From positions 1-64,000 of the forward strand of contig NIVC01001880.1 in NCBI GenBank assembly GCA_002269645.1: DNA of 64,000 bases, read 5' to 3'. Origin of the DNA: Macrostomum lignano. Taxonomy: Eukaryota. A program made the translations under genes and the position numbers. Position 1 is the first letter of the stretch; each line of letters begins with the position of its first letter. This document shows positions 57,206 through 64,000 of this stretch, piece after piece. The notes under the pieces were generated by a model that was not told the origin of the DNA, searched no databases, and was given only the letters and a program-made list of their open reading frames with translations.

Positions 57206-57536
57206 TCAGCGCTATCAACCCACTGAATTGGCATTATGCTTGCTCTGCTGCTTTCTGGAGGCATCAATGTCTGCTGAGCAGAGTTATTTGACTTCGGCAA
57301 ACAGGGGTCGCATGCAAAATTTTATCCTGATTTTTGCCGCCATTCGAAGCCCTACTTTTTTGCGTCGTCAAACTAGGTTCGTCTCGGGTGCAAATTTATT
57401 GGCGACTGTCATTTTAGCGTCAGATTTCATTAGCAAACGGAGCTTCACTCCACTTGTTGTTTTGTTTACCCATCATACACCTGACACAGAAAACCGTCAG
57501 TGCGACTCTTGACTGCCACAAATTCACTGCCGGCGA

Positions 57537-57761
57537 TTTAGGTTAGGTTTAGGTTTGTTTTAGGTTTGCTTTAGGCTTGGTTCAGGCTTGGTTTAGGTTA
57601 GGTTAAGGTTAGGTTTAGGTTTGGTTTAGGCTTGGTTTAGGTTAGGTCCACGAAAATTCACTGCCAAACCAAACCTAAACCTAACCTAAAACTTACCTAA
57701 ACCTTACTTAACCTAACCTAAATAAACCTAATCTAAACAAAACCTAAACCTAACCTAAACC
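57537..57761. repeat. Head-to-head degenerate telomere-like arrays (TTAGG/TTTAGG)n - spacer - (CCTAA/CCTAAA)n
   Basis: G-rich arm 57537-57647, C-rich arm 57666-57761; each arm is preceded by AAATTCACTGCC (57520-57531 and 57654-57665). Confidence 0.85.
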
Positions 57762-58794
57762 TTCAATACATTATTTAGAGTCCAAGCACAGCGAAGGCAG
57801 GTTGTTACGGGTGATCCCACAATCAGACCAGTTATTAAACAGCTTGTTTATGATTCAATTGGCTAATTTTTCTCAGCCGCACGGCGATCCCAGAGAAGGC
57901 CGGACCGCGGCAGCCGAAGTGCCCTACCCTACAGCGGCTTCAGGTGTACAGCCGTAGCAGAAAAAGAGTAAAAGACTCGATAGAACAAAAGGTCAAGTCA
58001 GTCGCGCCCATTTTTATAGACAGACAGGGCGTCGGTCGGCTCGCACACAGCCAGGGCCGCGGCGGGCGCCGAACGCAGGCATCAAGGTCTCAGCTTTTGT
58101 ACAACAAGGCGGACTCCATGACCACCTATAGAAGTTGCGACTCTGGGCACCGTCTGTCAAATCAGGGTCAGGGACTTCTAGTTTATACTATTCTATTTGC
58201 AGACGTCACTGGTCATGGCGGGGGCCCAGACATTCACGGCACTGCCGTTCGGAGTTGGCGGCAGTTAGGGGTGCACTTTTCCACCTGGTTCTCGTGGGTA
58301 GTCACCAACCCGTGTTGGGGATGAGGCCATCAGTGGGTCTCGGGGAGCGGAAGCTGCCGCCAGCTCGTTGTCCATGAAGCCTGGAATCCAGGTGAACTCC
58401 GGATGTTGCTGTACAGATGCAGTTGATTAAAGAGTCATTGAGGCCTCCGTCTTTGCTTTGAGGCCCGGTCACGCCGCCGTCAGATGAGACATCACTGATG
58501 TACAGAGCCATGAATATTGGTGCACGAGTTCTGTGAGCACAAAACTTATTCTCATTTAAAAGAGCGTTTGGAGGCGTAACCGCGCGTGAGTCCATCGGTG
58601 GTCCGGAGATGAAGCGAGTTTGGATGCTGAAGTAAATTCGTAAATATTTTAGGTCATTGAACGAGTAGAATTCATTTGCTCCTAACACCAAAAATTCTGT
58701 TTAGTCAGTTAATGAGGACTCATTCAATAAAAAGTTTCTCAGTAAACTTTCAATCTCAACGACAAGCTTCATCTGCTTCCAGAGCACCGACTTC

Positions 58795-61788
58795 TCACTT
58801 CTCTACAATGCAGAAATTGGCAGCATGAGTGAGTGCGCCATCAAACGGATGCCTTGAACTGCGATTTGCTTACCCAAGTAGATGACGAGCCGATCGGCGT
58901 ACTTCACGCTGGCGTCCATCTTCTCGCCCTTCTTGTCGGAGTAGTACAGCACTGGCGCTTTGCCCAACAGTCCGTTCTTAGCCCACGAGCAATGATCCTT
59001 GTCCGTGTCGGTGATTCCCATAAAGATGACGTCGTTCGGGCAGCCTCCGTGACTGAACGCGATGTAGAAGCTTCGCCTGAAATCGCCCCAGCTCTCGCCG
59101 GCGATGGAGAAGCGATGGAATGTTCCCTGGCCGATCCAGTAGGGATAGGACTTGATCAGTCTGTCCTTGGAGAACCAGTTGTCCGAGGTGAGCGACTCCG
59201 GGTTCTTGCTCACGTCGAACGTGACGCTGACGACCACCTTGTCATCTTTGCGCATCTCGGCCACGATCTTGGTGTATCCGCGGTTCTTGACAATCCCCGG
59301 CAGATCGTTGAGCAGGCTGGAGCGGAACAGCGGCGGGAAACCTGCGCTGCTCGAGGCGGACGCGGCGCTGCCATCGGTCTTATGGAATTCGGCGAACGCG
59401 TCCTTGCCGGAGTGGGCAGCGATGGTGAAGAGCAGAGCTTTGTCCGGGCCTGAAGTTCAAGGTGGAGATGATTCGGCTCTTGAAAGTCTGACACCTTCAG
59501 CTGCAATAAGCTGTTTAATTGATAAGCACTGTCGGATTCTCATTCCTAAATGCCGTTCCCATGGCGCTACAAGAGTTGCTTTAAACCAAACATTTCTTGC
59601 ATACCGCCAATGCAGAAAACAAACTTTGTTCAAGACGATTGACTGTTAAAATTTTCAGACGCATTATTCTGCTGTCTAAGTGCCAATTGATAGAATGTTG
59701 AAGTTTGCAATTTTACAATAAAGTTGTGTCTTAATGACCCGAAATATTTGTCACAAACCTTAGCCGAATGCTTATCACTAGTCTTAACTCTGATTTTTTT
59801 CAAAAAGCAGATAAAATGATGTCACTTACCGAGGATGTACGTCAAGGATCGACTCCCTAAAATTTTTTAGATCACAAATTTTAAATCACACTACAAAAAA
59901 CGGTTTAGAAGATTTCAATTACAAATCAATCAACAGTACACACAGACTTACTCAAATAGATGAAGAGTCTGTCGGCGTACTTCACGTTGCTTTCCATCTT
60001 CACGTCCTTCTTGTCCGAGTAGAACAGCACTGGCGCTTTGCCGTGCAGTCCGTTCTTCACCCATGAGCAGTGGTCCTTGTCCGAGTCGCCGAGTCCCATG
60101 AAGATGATATCGTTCGGGCAGCCTCCGTGACTGAATGCGATGTAGAAGCTTCGTCTGAAGTCGCCCCAGCTCTCGCCGGCGATGGAGAAGCGCTGGAATT
60201 TCCGTTGGTTGCTGAACTGGTAGGGATAGCTCTCCAGCAGCCGCTCGGGAGTGAACCAGTTCTCCGAGCTGATGCTGCTTGTGTTGTTCGCGACTTCGAA
60301 CGTGGCGCTCGCAACCACCTGGCCGCTCTTTCGCATTTCGACCACAACCTGGCCGGCTCCGAGGTCCTGAATGGCGCGCGGCATGCTGTCGAGCAGGTAG
60401 GACCGGTAGACGGGCGGCAGGCTCTTCGGCACGGAGAAGTCCTCAGACTTGCTGCGGTACGCGCTGAGCGGATTCTGGCCCGCGTGAACTTTGATGGTGA
60501 ACAGCAGAGCTTTTCCTTCCTCTGGAAGGTGTTTGAGTTCCACGATCCGTAATTTCTTAGAAAGCTTAGAAATCGCACTCAGCACTCGCACAGACAAAAT
60601 ATCACCACCTGGGCGAAAGGTAAAGAACCTTAATTTGAAGTCTAGTGAGCAGAACAGCTGTTATTCACTTCCACTCTAGTTGGGTGGGATGTTTAATTCT
60701 GCCGCATGTACTGGTAAATCAATAAATTCTTTATTGCGAGTGTAGTTTTCGTAGAATTTCTATCAACTTGAGATAAGAGCTAAACAGCAAGTACTGGATG
60801 GTAATATCAACTGCAGACAGAGTGGCACAGATGTTCTACTTACCAAACATGTATGGCCGCCTGGGTTTCAGAGCTGCAATATGGAAGTGAATTGTGCATT
60901 ATTTTAGATAAATATGCAAAGCACAGTAAAATTAGGTAAAACTTCCTATCAGAATCCAGGGACTCACTCAAGTAGATGACGAACCTATCGGCGTACTTCA
61001 CGCTTTGCGAATATTTCACATTCTTCTGCTCGGAGTAGAACAGCACCGGCGGCTTGCCATCGAGTCCCTTGTACACCCAGGGGCAGCCATCGTTGGTGGA
61101 GTTGCCGATTCCCATGAAGCCGCTGTCGTTGTCGCAGCCTCCGTGCTGGAACTGGATGTAGAAGTTTCGACTCACTCCTCTGTCCCAGTTTTGTCCAACA
61201 ATGGAGAACACTTCGAATTCTCCCTGCCCGATCCAGTACGGATAAGACCTGATGAGCCTGCTTTTCGAGAACCAGTTCTCCGAGTTGAGCGTTGCCAAGT
61301 CTTTGGTGGCGTTGAAGGTGGCGTTAGCGACCACAGTGTCTCCTTTGCGCATCTCGGCTACAATCTCCGAAGCGCGCATCGACTTCACCGCCTCCGGCAG
61401 GTCGTTGAGCAGCGTGGACCGGAACAGAGTCTCGTCAGCGTAGTCCTGAGGATAGTTCTTGCGAAACTCTTCCAGGGCGTTCTTGCCGGAGTGAGCATCG
61501 ATGGAGAACAGCAGCACCTTTCCAGATTCTGGAATAAAAGCGAATAATGATATTAATAATCAGTATTCGCAGTAAAGAATTTAGAAAAACCGCACTGCTA
61601 TTACCTTTGTCTTTCGGAAACCCCGCATCTGCAACGGGGAAATTGCATGAGGATTTTGCATGAGGTGGATTTGATTAATGCTTGAGTACTTGTATGCGCA
61701 CCAATACGAATTGCAAAGCTCCAGAGTTCCACGAAGCCCTACCTGCGCCTGTTGTGAGCAGGAGAGCAAAAGCGAGCAGGGCGGTCAT
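58795..61788 (-). CDS. Secreted protein with three tandem copies of an uncharacterised ~190-aa domain; exons 61788-61743, 61528-60968, 60521-59952, 59449-58874, 58802-58795 (586 aa)
   Basis: Signal exon MTALLAFALLLTTGA. The domain exons are 561, 570 and 576 nt, all multiples of 3, with phase-1 GT-AG junctions at equivalent positions. Shared motifs: K.LLF.I..H.G, AEMRK, NWF...RL..SYPY, FSI.G..W, R.FYI.F.HGGC.ND..FMG, C.W...GL.GK.PVL.YS, VKYADR..IYL. Confidence 0.9.
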
Positions 61789-61910
61789 TACCGCAGCAGT
61801 TTGGTTCGGCATCCCGGATGCGACTTGAGTGCAGGTTGAGTCGGAACGAGCGTGGATGACGGCGGAGTTGAGACGGTCCTTAGCGGCTCGGAGGCGGCGT
61901 TTAGGGGTCC

Positions 61911-61955
61911 GCATATATAGACTGAGTAAGTGCCCTACTCAGCAACTTCCATTGG
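61911..61955 (-). promoter_or_regulatory. Candidate CCAAT + TATA core promoter of the three-domain gene
   Basis: Minus-strand CCAAT at 61951-61955 and TATATA at 61914-61919, ~130 nt upstream of ATG 61788. Confidence 0.5.
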
Positions 61956-62705
61956 GTGGTGGTCACCCCCCCCCAGGTACCACCTGCCTTCATTGAACCC
62001 ACAAGGCAGTAGTGAATGCATTGGGAGACTTGTAGAGCTATAGAAGTTCACTCCCAATGACTGGAATTTCCAAAGACATTCGACCATTCAAAAAGTGGAA
62101 GCGGTTTGCCGTGACTCACCCTGAGAGACTTCGTTCGAGCTCGGGAGCTGCAGGCTGTCCAGTTGAGCAACTCCGACCTCCCATTTCTTCAGTGCTTGCA
62201 TGCCAGCCCACTCGCAATAGCAGCACGGGTTCAACCGATAGTCCAAAAGGAGCAGCCGCGGAGCTGAACTTCTGGAATGTGTCAGGCAGGAGCTGATATT
62301 TTTTCCACTGCCATTGTCTCTTCTGCTCTCAAAAGCCGGTGAAGCTCTCGAACACACTATGCTGGTACTCGGGTGAGTTGCTGCTTCGTGACCGCTATGG
62401 GAGAGAAACCGGGATCAATAACTTTTGCGGCCATGTCTCCTGTTTAGTTCACGCTACTCCCAGAAGATCTTCAAGTCTTCAGAGAAGTACACGAGACCAA
62501 CTCGTTTTAGTGGGTTCAACTTCAGTATAGAACTAGCAATTTAGCCACCCGTTGATAGCCTGTACTATTACTCTTTCATTTCTGCCTTTGAAATTATGGC
62601 AAAATGCTTTCTCAATAGTCAGTCATGATATTTGCCTGTAAGCTAATTTAAGTTAGCCAGGTAGATATTTCGGCTTCTTTTCCGATAGAATTTGAATCAT
62701 AAATA

Positions 62706-62930
62706 CCTGTTAGACAGACAGGTTTACCTGATAGACAGGCAGGTTCACCTGTAAGACAGACAGGTTTACCTGTTAGACAGGTAGGTTTACATGTTAGACA
62801 GGTAGATTTACCTGTTAGACAGACAGGTTTACATGTTAAACAGGCAGGTTCACCTGTAAGACAGACAGGTTTACCTGTTAGATAGGTAGGTTTACATGTA
62901 AGACAGGCAGATTTACCTGTTAGACAGGCA
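62706..62930. repeat. ~21-22-bp degenerate minisatellite
   Basis: Unit ~GTTAGACAGACAGGTTTACCT. Confidence 0.88.
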
Positions 62931-63464
62931 GAGTTCTACTTTGGTGTATCCTAAACTGCGAATCCATATAGCGGTACATGTCCGCTGAGAACAGACTCAG
63001 AAAAAGTGCCCCAGCTGCAACGCCCGTCCGCAGTGCTGAACCAGCGATGGTTTTCACTGGCAGGCCAGGTGATTCGGGCTTGTGTTGGAGATGCGGATGC
63101 GGGTTGGAGAGGATCGAGAGTCATTTGAAAATTTGAGAAGTGATACAAAACTGGAGTTATGAAGACTTCATATTTGAAGTCATATCAAGTATTGATTTAT
63201 TTTGATCAAATTACTGCATTCCTAAACAAAGTCTACACGAATAAGAAAATTCAGAAGAATAAGTCCATATTGTCTAGGTTAGGGTGGTTAGAAGCAGTTC
63301 CTCCCTGGTTTTTCAAGGTAGCGACTCCACCTCGTCCACTCTGGCCGTCGGCAGTCCCTTCAAGTCCATTGTCGGCTAAGGGCCAAACAAGACCAAGAAG
63401 ACTATTTTCACGTTTGCTTGGGTCGGTAATGAACTAAACGTATATAAACTAAATTATCATATTA

Positions 63465-64000
63465 ATAAGAGAATAACACAGGCATGCCAGTTGTCAGTAT
63501 AACATTGATAAGAGAAAAACACAGGCACTGCCAGTTGTCAGTATAATATTGATAAGAGAATAACACAGGCATTGCCAGTTGTCAGTATAATATTGATAAG
63601 AGAATAACACAGGCACTGCCAGTTGTCAGTATAATATTGATAAGAGAATAACACAGGCATTGCCAGATGTCAGTATAATATTGATAAGAGAATAACACAG
63701 GCATGCCAGTTGTCAGTATAACATTGATAAGAGAATAACACAGGCACTGCCAGTTGTCAGTATAATATTGATAAGAGAATAACACAGGCACTGCCAGTTG
63801 TCAGTATAACACTGATAAGAGGATAACACAGGCATGCCAGTTGTCAGTATAACACTGATAAGAGGATAACACAGGCATGCCAGTTGTCAGTATAACACTG
63901 ATAAGAGAATGACACAGGCATTGCCAGTTGTCAGTATAATATTGATAAGAGAAAAACACAGGCACTGCCAGTTGTCAGTATAATATTGATAAGAGAATAA
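63465..64000. repeat. 44-bp minisatellite (>12 copies, runs off the window), reverse complement of 56930-57205
   Basis: Unit GATAAGAGAATAACACAGGCACTGCCAGTTGTCAGTATAA(C/T)ATT. Confidence 0.96.

Noticed and set aside
57780-58700. ORFs 57944-58324, 58135-58377 and 58302-58691 as a gene or transposase remnant
   Set aside because: No recognisable motif, overlapping weak ORFs and no consistent splice signals.
58803-61517. Three separate tandem paralogous genes
   Set aside because: Each ORF lacks its own signal peptide, and phase-matched splice sites join them into one transcript.
44226-61788. Both secreted-protein genes have a 46-nt phase-1 signal-peptide exon
   Set aside because: The sequences are unrelated; a short phase-1 signal exon is a common architecture, so this is likely coincidence.
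62020-62062. 9-bp inverted repeat CATTGGGAG/CTCCCAATG upstream of the three-domain gene, and a CTATAGAAGTT direct match to ~58126
   Set aside because: Too short to exceed chance in 64 kb, with no supporting structure.

Overview
Eukaryotic (metazoan) genomic DNA: GC-rich exons with GT-AG introns, separated by about 35 mini- and microsatellite arrays. The style is reminiscent of the flatworm Macrostomum lignano, which is my inference and is not shown by the sequence. Most long ORFs in the supplied track are artefacts of tandem repeats. Supportable genes are: the 3' exon of a UBR1/2-type N-recognin E3 ligase (frameshifted), a single-exon LRR type-I membrane protein, a divergent PKA type-II-like regulatory subunit, a C6orf89/BRAP-like protein, an orphan 2-TM protein, a secreted PAN-like + ALK/LTK glycine-rich-domain protein, and a secreted protein built from three copies of an uncharacterised ~190-aa domain, each on its own phase-1/1 exon. 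Mobile DNA: a full-length but decayed LOA/R1-type LINE (45179-55761, 12-bp TSD) inside the PAN-GRD gene, a very young Mag-clade Gypsy LTR element nested in its RT (46711-51612, 200-bp LTRs, 5-bp TSD), and a 2.75-kb non-coding element with ~400-bp modular inverted repeats (41164-43914). The most striking unexplained patterns are (i) minisatellites whose repeat unit is the functional splice site itself, and (ii) a 44-bp minisatellite in inverted orientation bracketing the three-domain gene together with a head-to-head TTAGG/CCTAA foldback. No rRNA, tRNA or CRISPR array was found.
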